A DNA stretch of 41,731 bases, from assembly GCA_900088475.1 (NCBI GenBank), contig FLMG01002855.1:1-41731 (forward strand), written 5' to 3'. The position numbers were made by a program, and so were the translations under genes. The notes below the pieces were generated by a model. It had not been told where the DNA came from. It did not search any database and saw only the letters and a list, made by a program, of their open reading frames with translations. Positions 23,601 through 35,819 of the stretch are shown piece after piece (within the stretch, counting starts at the first letter, position 1; every line of letters begins with the position of its first letter). The stretch is from Hyphochytrium catenoides (lineage: Eukaryota; Protista; Hyphochytriomycota).

Positions 23601-26600
23601 TCTCATAGATTTGGCGATTCTTTGAGGGCCAAATATCTCTGTGAGGAGAAGATGTTCCAGGGAAGTCAGATTGGTTCCTCTCCTCCCTTGCTGCTTCTTA
23701 CTTCTTTGTTCAGCCAGTTGTGCCACTGTGCTCCTTAGCCACTCATCTCTACATCTCTATTCTTACAAGTCATTACCTAAACAAGAGCTTACGAACTGCT
23801 TTAGATACCTGTCGCTTCTTACCTATCTTTAAGAGGTGCAAGGGTGGCAGTGGTGGGCCGAACTTTCTGCTGCCAGGCGGTGAGGGAGGCGGAGGGTGAG
23901 AGCGCCTCATCCCGAAGAGGAGCCAAGGCTCGGACTTGAGCGAACATATCGCCTCCATAGAGGGTCACCTTATTGAACAAGGAGTGTAAGTTTTGATATA
24001 GACGTGTCAGTGCACCGTATCAGCAAAGACGTGAGCCACAAACCCTAATAGCCGCAAGATAAACAGAGCGCGTCTCAAGGAAGAGTCAAATGAGAAAGTG
24101 ACTTGAAGCTTAACTACACCTGCTGCTTGTCAAGCTCAACACCGTGAAAATTGATCTCCAGGGTGAGCTCCGAAGCTCCCAAGCTGCTCCAGAATTGAGC
24201 CAAACAGAACTCCAGCGTCACTCCACCAGCCACAGGGGTCGTAAAAGTCTAAGAGCGCGAACATGCTTAGAAAGAGCCCGAAAGAAGCGGGACGAAGACG
24301 CAAAGCTAAACAGATAGAGAAGAGCATACAGGCAGGGAAGCAAGGTGTGCCCGCTTTGTCCTACCTCCTCTGCGCTAGGCAGTAGCCGAAAGGCTTTCTC
24401 AAACTTCTCTCTGTGTGGGCGATGAGGCAGAATCTGATGCAGGTGCAAGAAGTAAAGGCGGGTGATAGTGTCTGAAGGACTGCCCTCTCCCTTTATCGTT
24501 AAGTCCAGCCACCTATATGCGAGCCACAAAGTGAGAGCAGGCCACTAAGTAGCAACCTTCGTAGCAGTTAATGAAGACAAAAGCCTACACAAGGCCGTGA
24601 AGCCGGACCATAGGAGATTGCTGAGAGCACTTGTTCTCTGTTCTAGCTGGGCCTCAGAGCAGACAAGATGGTTCACTCTCGAGAGCTAAATAGGTAGGAG
24701 GAACTTACGTGGCTCCAAGCGGCACCGCAATGAACTTTCGGAAGATCTGAATGTGACACGGGAGGGGACATTCAAACTCAGGCTTTTTGGGTCTAAAGAC
24801 ACCAATCTCTAACTCTTCATTGTCTATTCTTATGTCTCTTCCACCTATCCTTCTAAACTTGCACGACAAACGTACCTCACCAGGTCCAAACTTTGCCTTT
24901 GTCTTTAGGCTGTAGGTGACTGTCTCGTCTCCAATTGTCTTTTCCTCTTGCTCTGGTTTTGCGACGGTTATCGGAACCCGGAAGACAGGGCCAAGCTCTG
25001 GACGCTCGCTGTCATAACCAAGCACCTCCTCATAGTAGCAACCCGGCTGTATAAGTACAAAGGCAGCGACGAAACGAGTCAACAGCACGGCAGAGAGTGC
25101 CTTAACAACCTTCTCACGCCGGTCACCAATGGTAAGCACTAACAGGCTTCTGCCATCTGGCATAGCAGATGAAGGTCTTTCCATGAACGCCAACCGCAGG
25201 TTCACTTTTGCCTTTCTAATCACTTAATGTCTGGGACTCTCCTCTGGTCTCCCCAATCTGAATCAACCGTCCCCGTTGGCCAGACTCTCACCTTCAGGCT
25301 GGAAGTATCTATGTAGATATCGAATGATCTGCCACCATGAGCAAACTGGAAGTGCTCCGCGCAACGGACCCACGATGCAGTGGGGACCAGCGTGGACTTC
25401 AGCTCAAACTCTACTTTGTTCCTAAGATTGCACGTTGACTCAAGAGATTATAATGTTACGGAAGACTCAGGAGACAGATGTTGATGGGCCGAGTCATCAT
25501 GACTGATTTGAGCTTGCCACGTCCTTACAGCACCAAACATACACAGTCGGGAATAGCAATTCAAGCAGAAGGATTCTACTGAGAAAGAGAACAAATTAAT
25601 GAGTAAGCAGGCAGTATAAGAGGGCAATTTATGGAAAAGATAGAAGCTCTTGAAGACCTATTATCCGCATCCTCGTGAAAGACGGGCTTCACTTGGACAG
25701 AGCACTTGACTGGTGCTGCGAACTCGGAAGGTTGGCGCAAGTAGATTCCCCTGCAGAAGAGGATTATCAATCGAGGTAGATAAGACAACGAGAGAACTAA
25801 GGTTATGAAAGAGCGATAAGTAAAGATTCAGTCAAAACAGGGGAGCACCATAGAACTACCATGAGAAAGAAGAGATGCACGACTATGAAAAGGCAATCGA
25901 ATTCGATCAAGGCAGAGCAGAATCGCTCATAGATATGCCTAACCTGGCTCCATCCCTGTCAGTGACTGCGATCTGGTAGTAAAGAGGTCCCTCTAATCCA
26001 CGCTCCACAGCTACGTGCGACTGAAGATAGTCGAAGGCCTTATCCACCTAAACGAAATAGTGAACACCTCACTCATGCCATCTGACTTGCGTCCCCTGGA
26101 TGCGGACGAGCACGGGGCACCACCCATTGATCTTCACATGACTGATCCTCTTCTTAGGTCAAAATGAGGGCAACAATATGCCAACGCCTTTGCTCCGTTT
26201 CCCCACAGATAGTGATTCATTTCCTTTCGTTTCTACTTCGTTATTGTGGCCACTACTATAAGCTACACCGTGTTCAGCAGCACGAGGTTTTACCTGGACG
26301 AGGCCGTGACCCTGCGCAAACTTCTGTGTACCAGGTACAAGGTAGGCCGTGTTCTCCAAGGCCCTCTTGATGGAGTATGGAGTGTACACCTGAGACTTGG
26401 CCTTGAGACCTATCCAGTGGATATGTCGTAAGACTAAAAGTGCGACCAACCAGAGGGAGATAATAGATGGCCAACGAGATTGAAGAGAGCTGATCTGACC
26501 TGAGAGAAGGAGGGCGATGTTGCCAGCCACATTAGGGCTAGACATGGAAGTGCCATTAGCCATAGAGTTCTTATTCAGGGTCCTATGGGAATGCAACCAC

Positions 26601-29544
26601 GAGAGATCAGGCAAACGTCAGAAGCAGCGGACAAGGAGTGAAATAGGAGCGAAAAGATCAACATCAGGCAAGTTTAGCTAAGGGGAGGATGTTCGGTCAT
26701 TGCGCATGTGGCAGGAGTCCAGAATGCTCTTTAGTTGGAAACTAGACAGCCAAACGTGGGAAGACCGAGAGCGGATGGCGGCCTACCAGTTAGGCACAGG
26801 CGAGATAGCGCCTCCTGGTCCGCATATAGACACACCCAGGTCACCATCAAAAGTAGGTCCTCGCGAACTCCACGTGTAGGCAATGCCTGGCAGCTAAATA
26901 TGGGGAAGAGGCGGGAGAAGCCGAATGAGTTAGACGAATGGTGATGAGAGGCATTGAAAGGAATTTTCATGAAGGTGCTAGTGTGGAGGAAGGGCTGTGT
27001 TCCCGTTGCTAACCTTACCTGTTCAAGCAGTGAGTACTCGGCAGCCATCATCTCTGGAGAGACATATGCGCCAACCCCAATGCAGCATTCGGATGATCCG
27101 CCAGGGGCTCCGACAGTAGAAAGGGAGGGTCCCTCATTGCCTGCAGAGCTAACGAAGATGACGCCATACTTGGATACTACCTATTGGATGGAAAGAGGTA
27201 CTAAGGCTTTCAAGGTCATAGGCACGTATTAGGTCGCCCTGATTACCTCCTTTGCGAGCTCAATGATCCGGCCGGTGTTTGCAAGGGCGGCCGGTTCTCC
27301 ATAACTCATGTTGATGACGTCGCATTTGTTTTCCAGTACAGCCAGAAATCCACGGACCAGACCCACGCCGGTCTCCAGGGAGCCCTACCAAGGCACCAAT
27401 GAGGTCAGCAGAGCTATGAGTATGCAGGAAATATAGATGTAAGAGACGCCAAAGACGAAAGGCCCCCGTCCGAGGACTAGACCCATGACCCCGTAGTATG
27501 GACAAACGTAAGCAGAATATAAGAAGTTGTTTCATGTGAAATAGAGTGACGCTCTAGAGGTTGGATTCTATTCAAGATGTGCAACGAACCAGCCTTGAAT
27601 CTCCAATCTTCACTGCCACGATCTGCGCGCCAGGCGCCACTCCATTCAGCTCTGGTGAGCCCGGGTGATGTGCAGCCACGATACCCGCCACGTGGGTACC
27701 ATGAGAGCCAGCATCTGTGACGATGGAGAGTGTGTCTCCATTATCATAAATATTTAGGCAATAATTCATCTGGGAAATGGCGTCCAGTTGAGCGTATTGG
27801 CGTTCTTGCCGGTAGTTGGTAAGTGCGGGATATTGAGAGAGATCTCCGCTTTCATGGCTGTTCAGAACTGCCCTCCATACAGAGCCATCGTGCCATACCA
27901 CGCAGTCATAGATGGGTCCTGGATAGGTAAGGACGGAAAGTGGAAGATAGTGTAGAACAAAGAGTCGAGGTAAGTCCCGTGGCGCAGTGGGTGGAGCAAG
28001 GTAAGTGGACAGCAAACATTTCGGGATTTGACGGAGACCTGACAGTGGGCGAGACACGTTACCTGGGTCATCGTAGTTCTTAGCACTGTTCTCGAGCTCC
28101 TCCAAGAGGCCCTTCAGGTTCTCAGACTCCTTTAGATCCTCAGCACTGGGGCTAGGATGCGCCTGACGCCATTCCGATAGCTTTCGCTGTACCTGTTGAA
28201 ATTTCTCCAATGGTCAGCCCCCGATCTAGTGATCTTATTAAACCTTCTCTGTCTATTCCTTTAAGATAGCGCTCTAACGCGACGACCTTTTGCTACGCTC
28301 TCTCTCTGTAATTCTTGTTAACCTAACTTCTCTCTTGAACGGCTCTCGCATGTACCTCAGTAACAGCATGGTGCTGCTTCTCGTCAAATTCTTTCTTCCT
28401 GTGCTCCTTCACCCTTGCCACCAAGTCCTTAGGGAAAAACTCGTAAGCCCTTTTCAGGCTGCAAGTGCAAAGAAAAAAATGACAGTTAGCAGTTCCTTGG
28501 ATCTTTTTGGGAACGTGAAGCGTCCAACTGTTCAAGGCTCCAAGCCACCAAACTTCAGAACCGGGGTCGAATTCCTCGCGAGCAAAAGACAGACATCAGA
28601 TGAGAAAGAGACACACACAGCAAAGAGAGAGCAGGAGAGTGCTACTAAAGAAGAACGCCATGGACTTATGAGCGAGAGAGTCGCCCTCACCCTAGCCGAT
28701 ATTCTCCTGAAGGATTCTTCCAGGCCTTATTGACCTTAAGCTTCCTGCCGGTAAGCCCCGTGAGCTCATCCGAGTCTCCCTCCAGCTTCACCACCTTAGA
28801 CGTGTCCACGTCCCCGCTTCCTGTCGCATCCACGATATCGACCACCTTGGGCTTGCCGTCTGAGGTGGTCTGAGAAGGTGGCAGCATATCAGTGTTTCCC
28901 TCTTTGCTCTCAGTCTGCCTTTAATTCTTTGAATCTTCCTCTGGCATGCTGTCCTCAGGTCCATTGGTCCGCTGAGCCGGTCATGTGACACTCAATCTCT
29001 TCTCCCACTTTCCCTTGCCCCTGTCTCACTCATTGCTCCTTTTTCCGTACAACCTTCGTCAAGTTTCTGAGGTTCCTTCAGGCCTCGATCACTATCCCGA
29101 GTCTCACCTGAAGGCCAATAGCTCCAGGGTCCACGCCAGTATCCAGAATGGCCACAATCGTGTTTCTGCCATCATAACTTGGGTTGGCCTGGATGAATTG
29201 GAACGCCTACAGGACACATGGCACGAGGTTAGAAGACTCACTATCATGACCTATAACTGTCTTCTGTCTCCCGCTTTCACGGAGCCGTTGTCCTCTAGCC
29301 AGCTGACCTTAGTATCGCGCTTGGGCAGCAGCGAGATGTTGGGGAAGTCCTTTAAGGGCACGGCGCCAGAGGCAGCCTGGCCGGACTTAGCGCTGGTCAT
29401 GGTTCGCAGTGCAGTAGGGCACCAGTATCGGCTCGAGTCTCTCGTTCGTCGCGAGCCAGAGGAAAGCAGACGCCCCTGAGAGTTGAGGGAAGTGAGCGAT
29501 GGGCGAGAACTGGCAAAGAAGCGTCGGAGAAGAGCGCTTCGCAT
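20643..29544 (-). CDS. TPP2: Tripeptidyl-peptidase II (subtilase S8), multi-exon (roughly 20+ GT-AG introns)
   Basis: Spliced exons give [31 protein letters not shown] (catalytic D), [23 protein letters not shown] (H), [47 protein letters not shown] (S), [19 protein letters not shown] and terminal LGWDHW...FARF*. Not every exon boundary was resolved. Confidence 0.96.
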
Positions 29545-29611
29545 CGATGGATTTTCTCTCTTTCTGTGCCTCTGGCAGTTCAGGTTCTGATGNNNNNNNN
29601 NNNNNNNNNNN

Positions 29612-29790
29612 GAGAGAAAGAAAGAGAAAGAAAAAGAAGGAAGTACTCCGTATCAAAAGAGCAGAGAGAAAGCTGTCACAAGTTTCTCCTGGGTCACGCA
29701 CAACTCTTAGGGACAAGAAGGATATGCAAACAGAAAGATAACATGAGAGGAGAGAGAGAGAGAGAGAACAGAAAGAGAGAGAGAAAAAGG

Positions 29791-29824
<34 letters not shown>

Positions 29825-29935
29825 AAAAGAGAGAGAGAAAAAGAAGAGAGAGCGAGAAAGAGAAAGAGAAAGAGAGAAAGAGAGAAAGAGAGAAAGAGAG
29901 AAAGAGAGAGGGAGAAAGAGAGAAAGAGAGAGTGA

Positions 29936-29966
<31 letters not shown>

Positions 29967-29990
29967 TGAGAGAGAGAGAGTGAGAGTGAG
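29612..29990. repeat. GA-rich microsatellite in the divergent TPP2/LRR intergenic region
   Basis: Almost pure (GA)n/GAAA tract at 29745-29990, next to N gap 29593-29611. Confidence 0.95.
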
Positions 29991-30429
29991 TTAGACAGAT
30001 CTCTTCAGACAGCCGCACAACCCGGCCTTCACTTCCCATCATGATAGTTTCCTGTGAAAGAAACCTTCCGCAACTATCGGAATAAACGAAAGATACAGGC
30101 GAATCTTCTTGGATTCTGATGGCAGATCGTTACCTTCACTTTCTATAAAAAGCTGCTGAGGGGTGATCAGCATCTTTCTCATTGACTCCCTTGACAGGCT
30201 AAAAGAGGTCACAGCATCTGCAGCGGCTAACCGGCTACTCTTGAGCTTATAGCGTTATTAGAGCTCTCCACCATCCGATGGCAATAGATAGAGCGCATTA
30301 CTGGTCCTTCCTTGTCAACTGAGGTCCGGATCTGTAGCGTCTGGACTTAGTTCTCCACTCAGTATTGAAAAAGATCGTCTCGTCGCCTTCTGGACGGGAG
30401 CCAAGGGTCGTGGGAGAAGAGGCAGCGCA

Positions 30430-31788
30430 ATGGCGCTGAGCCTGGGCGAAGCTGTAGCTCTGCTGGAGAATGAGGAGGATAGCTGTCAGCTTCAAGCCTT
30501 GGATCTTTATGGCAATGACCTGACCACCGCGGATCTTACAACAGACTTGTTTCCCGTCCTTAACACGGCAAAGTTAGAGTCTCTCAGAAACATTGATTTC
30601 AGCTCTAATGCCATCGATTCCCAAGGCCTCATTGAGCTCCTTGTAGTTATGGCCAATAACGAATCACTTGTAAGCTTGGAGTCCGTCAATGTCTCGGCTA
30701 ATAAGATCCGTGGCGTCAAGCTGATCAACTTGCAAGATATTCTAGGAACAAAGCAGTCAAATTCTTCTCACCTGGCTCGCCTTACTGCCCTGGACCTGAG
30801 CAGCAACCAGCTAGAAGACGAGGGAGTGGTGGCAATCGCAAATGCCTTTCACGGAAGCAAGGAGGAAGGAGGTGGAGGAGGACTAATCCGGTCCATATCA
30901 GTCTTGAAGCTCAGTGACAATAGCATCGGAGACGCTGGAGCTGTTGCTCTCTCTCAGGCCGGAAGTGGCACTTCTGTCTTCAGTCAGCTGCACAAATTGG
31001 ATCTGTCTTCAAACAAAATAACAGGAAAAGGTGCTAGAGCCTTGGCAGATGTTTTCTTAGGACAAACTACAGCCAATCGCCTTCAGATCTTCACTCTGCA
31101 GGATAACCCTATTGGCGATGAAGGGACTGCAGCGTTAGGCGATGCGTTGCAGCGCAATCAAGAGCTAGGAGGATGGCAGAAGCTTGAGCTTCAGCACTGC
31201 AACGTAGGACGTGCAGGTGCTATGGCCTTGGCTCAGGGGCTGAGGGCCAATCACAACCTAAAGGGACTGAAAGAGATCAATATTCAGGGCAATGAGCATA
31301 TTGGCGATGAGGGGATCCAGGCTATAAGCGCCGCACTGCGGCTTAATCCCAGCATTCAGGCTCTTGCGAGGCTCAACTTTAGGGAAGTAGGTCTTGGTGA
31401 CGAAGGACTGAAGCACCTCGCCGCAGCTTTGGAGGAGTCGTCTGCTCCTCTGATGTCCCTTAAGGTCATTGACTTGGGACAGAATAAGATAACTGATAGT
31501 GGCTGCGAAGCTCTGGCAGGAGCGATGGCTAAGCGAAAAGATCTTAAAAGTCTCGAGGAGTTGAATATGGCGGGAAACAGTACTCTAGGAGAGCGTAGCG
31601 CAACTGCTATAGCCAGGGCCATAGCGGAGAATGATAGTCTTTCAAACCTAAGAGCCGTCCACATCCATAGCCAGCAATTTCCCAAAGGATACGCAGAAAC
31701 AATCGAAGCTGCTATTCGAAAGAAGAGAAGAAGTGACTCCAAGAGCAACCTGGAGCCAGATAGCAAGAGACCAAACACAACTAAATAA
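30430..31788 (+). CDS. RNI-like leucine-rich repeat protein (NLRC3/RanGAP-type LRRs) with C-terminal basic NLS-like tail, intronless, 452 aa
   Basis: About 12 repeats of LxxLxLxxNxIGDxGxxALAxAL; ends in IRKKRRSDSKSNLEPDSKRP. Confidence 0.92.
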   Translation: MALSLGEAVALLENEEDSCQLQALDLYGNDLTTADLTTDLFPVLNTAKLESLRNIDFSSNAIDSQGLIELLVVMANNESLVSLESVNVSANKIRGVKLINLQDILGTKQSNSSHLARLTALDLSSNQLEDEGVVAIANAFHGSKEEGGGGGLIRSISVLKLSDNSIGDAGAVALSQAGSGTSVFSQLHKLDLSSNKITGKGARALADVFLGQTTANRLQIFTLQDNPIGDEGTAALGDALQRNQELGGWQKLELQHCNVGRAGAMALAQGLRANHNLKGLKEINIQGNEHIGDEGIQAISAALRLNPSIQALARLNFREVGLGDEGLKHLAAALEESSAPLMSLKVIDLGQNKITDSGCEALAGAMAKRKDLKSLEELNMAGNSTLGERSATAIARAIAENDSLSNLRAVHIHSQQFPKGYAETIEAAIRKKRRSDSKSNLEPDSKRPNTTK

Positions 31789-31867
31789 ACCTTTCTTGAT
31801 TTTAGTGTGGCTCCTCATCTTTCACAGCTGGCTCTGAGGATATCCAGCTTTAAGTTAGGTCTTCTTC

Positions 31868-33264
31868 CTAATCGACGCGCACACTGATCACCGCGGTGCA
31901 GTACGGGCAGGTTCCGAACCTTGTGTTGAAGGACTGGCGGCTAGTCGGCAGGGCACGTAACCATTCAATGAGGCAACTCTTATGATAAGACCGGCAGCAC
32001 TTGGGGTTCTCACAGACAATGTCAGGCGTCACTAGCAGCTCCTGCTGACCTCCCACGCCCTCCTTGCCACTCTCCGGGGCCAGCTGATAAGTATAGCAGA
32101 TACCACAGTCCGCCGTGAATTCCTCCTTAGTCGTGGCGGTCTTGGAAGGGAACTCAACTTGGAGCACTCGTTCTAGATTTTGTCGTGCAGTTCGATTGCT
32201 CTTCCACATGCCAATCCTTTGATTTAACCGGTCTCTAAAGACACCCACCAATCCCTCAGGACCGTAAAAGCGATGATCACCTAAGGATCGCGGGCTCAAC
32301 GGGTCCAGGGTAATCTGTATGGAGACGTGCTTGGCCAGGGCAACACGGCGGTACTTGATCGACCTATTCGGGTTGTCGGGTTCAAGAACCCACGTGTGCT
32401 GGTCTAAATCGTCAAGGATGTCCCAAAAGTCCTACATGGAAGCCGGTGTGAGCTATACTTAGGCGGGAGCTACATTGAGCCTGCCGTACGGTAAGAGCCT
32501 ACCATCAACGTGAAAGAGAATAAAGGAGGAGGACGGAAGCTATGTGCTATGGAGATCACCTGATACTTCTGGATAGCATCAGAGAACTGTGACAGTACAT
32601 CGCCGAGGCCATAGTCGGGCTTCCACACAAGCTCAAACTCCTCAGGGAGGTGCACTATGCACTGAGGCGGCGAGCTGGGATAATCGGACAAGAAGCGCAC
32701 TGCAATAACATGCTCTCGTTGTCGCTCGTCGCGGCATCGCAGGTCTAACCCCATCATATTTTCCTCGATCTTCAAGACATGCTCCCATCCCACCTGCCGT
32801 ACTTGGTCCAGCAAAGTAAAGTAAAACGTTGGATCAGGCAAGCTTTCCTTCGGCTTATTCCGGCCCAGGGCGGACACCAAATCCCGGAGCTCACGAGCGG
32901 CGCTTTCAGCACTGCTGCAGGCCATTAATCGACGCTAGCAACAGAAGGTAGCGTGTGCATAAGGGTAAGTGACAGAGGAGGTAAGAGACTAACGCCACAG
33001 CACGCACCTCGAGAGCCGCTTGATGCTCTGAAAGAAGCTGTGCCAGCTCTTCCGTGCACTGGATCGTAGGTCTCTTGCTCTCATTGTCCAACGAGATGAT
33101 GACTCGATATTGCTGCTCACCAGCCTCGAGAAATCCCTGTCAAGATAGCATGTCAGAGCCGTAATCTCTGTAGAAGCGCACGGGGCCCTTACGTGGTAGA
33201 CCGTAAGTTGCTCGTTTTGAGGTATCAGTAACGATGATGCGAGACTGTTCGTGAATGCGGACAT
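31868..33264 (-). CDS. FANCL: E3 ubiquitin ligase FANCL (4 exons: 33264-33193, 33136-33008, 32934-32560, 32431-31868; 379 aa)
   Basis: LLIPQN, VGWEHV, DERQREH, YPSSPP, YQ|DFWDILDDLDQHTWVLEP, YRRVAL, NLERVL, and C-terminal RING DCGICYTY...CENPKC...HKSCLIEWLRALPTSRQSFNTRFGTCPYC. All introns GT-AG and in frame. Confidence 0.96.
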
Positions 33265-34073
33265 TCTCCGCTCATCTCTTGGGTCCTTAGCTATATCTCT
33301 GTCGGTTGAGCACCTTATGGACACATTCTCACGCAGAGCTCTCGCTCTCTCTTAATCACTAGCGCCCTGTGTCTACCCTTTGGTGGAGACGGAGAGGCTC
33401 TATAGACAACGGGGACGAGGCTCTGCAGACTGGGGACTGGCGGACACTCTATCAAAACCCCGCCATTGCCTTATCAGGAGGAGGAACAGAGCTCCACTCT
33501 TGGGCGGCGCCGATGGCGGGAACGGCTATCAAACCAAAAGATCACAGTTGTTTGGCCTCAAAATACGACAATATTAAGCAGGACTAGTCTTTCGATACCT
33601 TAAACTGAACGGTTAGTAATATTATGTGTAAATAGGCCAAAGATTGAACAAGGTCGGTAGTCAGAAATGCGAATATCTTCCGTAGAAGTGCCGAACTTTC
33701 TTCTTCCTCCTCTGTAGCAGCTGCACTCTCATCAGCCCCAGAAGTGCCTTTCCGTTTTGTCGCTTCTTCCCTTTCTTCCCGTTCTTGACAGACTGAGTGC
33801 ATGCAGAGCTCGGGGGACTGACAGACAGAGAGCGAGGAACATCCGAGCCGTCAGACTGCAGTGAAGGAACAAAGAAGTTCCTTCTCTCTGCGCGCTCACG
33901 TTCCACTGTGCCGACCACAGCCTCTAGTAGCTCAGTGAAAGGGCTATAGGATCAAGCCGTCGTCAGTAACGAACTTTCTGATCCGACGTCAAGTCAGCAA
34001 CATTGATGAGACGATCTTGTGCTCAATTTCCCTAGGTCACGTTACGTACCATTGAGCTAGTCGGAACGGAGGG

Positions 34074-35285
34074 ATGTCTACTTGCAAAGCGTGGTCCTTG
34101 GTACTGGTGGCGGTAGGTCTAACTTCACAGTGTGCCGCTATTTTCTCATTTGCTGCCAGTATAGACCAGTTGGACCAGGGTGGCTCCCTCTTGCGCCGGG
34201 CAGTTCAGGATCAGGTCCATGGATATTCTGACAAGGAGGATCCTGCTTTCCTTCGTGGATACAAAGCGCTGCAGGTTATGACTGGCTGCTTTTTGGTTGA
34301 CTTCAGCTATGTAGAGACCCAGGCTCTCAAGAAAGGATACAACGTGGATCACACCGTCTATGATGTAAACCGGAACAAGGCAGTGAAGGAGTGGATTTAC
34401 ATGGAGGATATCTCGCCCAACCGAATCCGGCTGCAGCACGTCCTCTTCGCTATGAGTCTGGATGGTAAGGAGATGCTGGGGATCTTGAAGCACGAAGCAG
34501 AAGATTGGGAATATCAAGCACCGTTTTTTTACGAGCTTGTGAAGCCAAACGAATGGAAAGTGCATCGTCTCTCGCAGCCCGAGCGCAAGGGTTCATGGAC
34601 TAGACGAGTCACGGATCTGGATGATGGTCTACGCTATCAGTGTAGTTCTCACTGGACCGAAGTTAATGACACTATATACCCAGAGTTCAGCTGCGATTCC
34701 TACGCCCCCATTCCTGGGAGGGAGACGAGAGACATGCACAGGACCGACTATGATACCTTGCAAAGGCAAACCCGCATCGTCGTGTACGGCCCCAGCTGGG
34801 TTGAGCGTCAGAACAACACAAAGATCATTGACAGAGCAGGAGCACCCAAAGAGAAACTGGCGCAAGAGCTAGGTAAGAATTGGTATGTAAAGCTGCCAGA
34901 CGCTGAGTGTGAGCCAGCAAGAATCTTCGAGCACGAGCGACGACCCTTCTGGGAAGTTCTGAGGGAGGCTTGGGACGATGTCTTAATCGGGGATGGTCCG
35001 TTCATTCAAAAGTCTATGAAACCCCCACGATACGTCCGTATGTACGAGGTTGAAGCGCATTATCGGCGAAAGGATCTGCACAACGCGACGGTGCGCGACG
35101 AAGCCAAGAAAGCAATTCATCAAGTGATTGAGCGGTACAGAGTCCGGGATGATAATGCTGTCCTTGACGCAGCCACAGACGACGGAGAACGTAACAGTGC
35201 ACGAGAGACAGAGAAGAACTCTGGCAGCTTGACGCCACACTCCAGACAGTCGTCTCCCTTGATGATGGTTGTGGCTCAGGCTTAG
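34074..35285 (+). CDS. Secreted DUF6607-family protein, intronless, 403 aa (probable bacterial origin)
   Basis: Signal peptide, then MTGCFLVDFSYVET, KEWI, RLQHVL, KHEAEDWEY, GSWTRRV.DLDDGLRY, APIPGRE, RTDY, WVERQNNTK, LAQELGKNWY and FWEVLREAW, collinear with the bacterial DUF6607 motifs as I recall them. Confidence 0.85.
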   Translation: MSTCKAWSLVLVAVGLTSQCAAIFSFAASIDQLDQGGSLLRRAVQDQVHGYSDKEDPAFLRGYKALQVMTGCFLVDFSYVETQALKKGYNVDHTVYDVNRNKAVKEWIYMEDISPNRIRLQHVLFAMSLDGKEMLGILKHEAEDWEYQAPFFYELVKPNEWKVHRLSQPERKGSWTRRVTDLDDGLRYQCSSHWTEVNDTIYPEFSCDSYAPIPGRETRDMHRTDYDTLQRQTRIVVYGPSWVERQNNTKIIDRAGAPKEKLAQELGKNWYVKLPDAECEPARIFEHERRPFWEVLREAWDDVLIGDGPFIQKSMKPPRYVRMYEVEAHYRRKDLHNATVRDEAKKAIHQVIERYRVRDDNAVLDAATDDGERNSARETEKNSGSLTPHSRQSSPLMMVVAQA

Positions 35286-35819
35286 AGTGCCGGTCACTTG
35301 CCTCTCAACTTCTTGTTTTTGACATTCTTAAGATACCATTAAGCTAGTATATGGTCAATCCCTTTGAGCGCTAACTCTTTGTGCATGCTAAGGGACAGAC
35401 TTCGCTCATTGTCAAATAAAGACTCTGCTTTATAGGCACTAGGTGAGGCGCTGGCGGTACGAGTCTCAAAGTTCTGGAGACAGAAGTCCGCTGCCGCTTA
35501 GGCTTCTTCTTGGTGCATGCTCCCATTCTCAGTCTTTTCCTTTCACCTCAATATAGCTCACCGGTGGGGCGCTTAGGTTTATCTAGAGGATCTGCTACGG
35601 CAGTAAGTGCAAGTCCCACGCTTGTCTTAGTGGAAGTCTGATTGCGTCCTCTATCACTTCCCTTGACTGGATGTTGTGATGCCGCGGTCTTGAGCTCAAA
35701 GGTACCGATACAAGCCGTTGGGAAAGTCCAGCGGTACATGGGTATCTTACTCCTGCTTAGGGTGGAGCTACGCCTGCTGACAATCTATAGATGCTCCGCT
35801 TGAGCCACTATCTAGCTAA

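Noticed and set aside
20643-29544. Introner-type or non-canonical introns in TPP2 (one intron has AG|GTAC at both ends)
   Set aside because: The introns I checked are GT-AG, dissimilar to each other and lack terminal inverted repeats; one junction repeat fits an ordinary proto-splice site.
29566-30042. ER-repeat and SL-repeat ORFs
   Set aside because: Translations of the GA microsatellite across an N gap.
1808-33264. TAG stop-codon reassignment, suggested by TAG directly upstream of both 7-TM ORFs and by TAG stops in relics
   Set aside because: Those TAGs are intron acceptors, and TPP2 and FANCL both end with TAG at their conserved C-termini.
34074-34260. RxLR effector motif after the DUF6607 signal peptide
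   Set aside because: The sequence is SLLRR with no leading Arg and no clear dEER.
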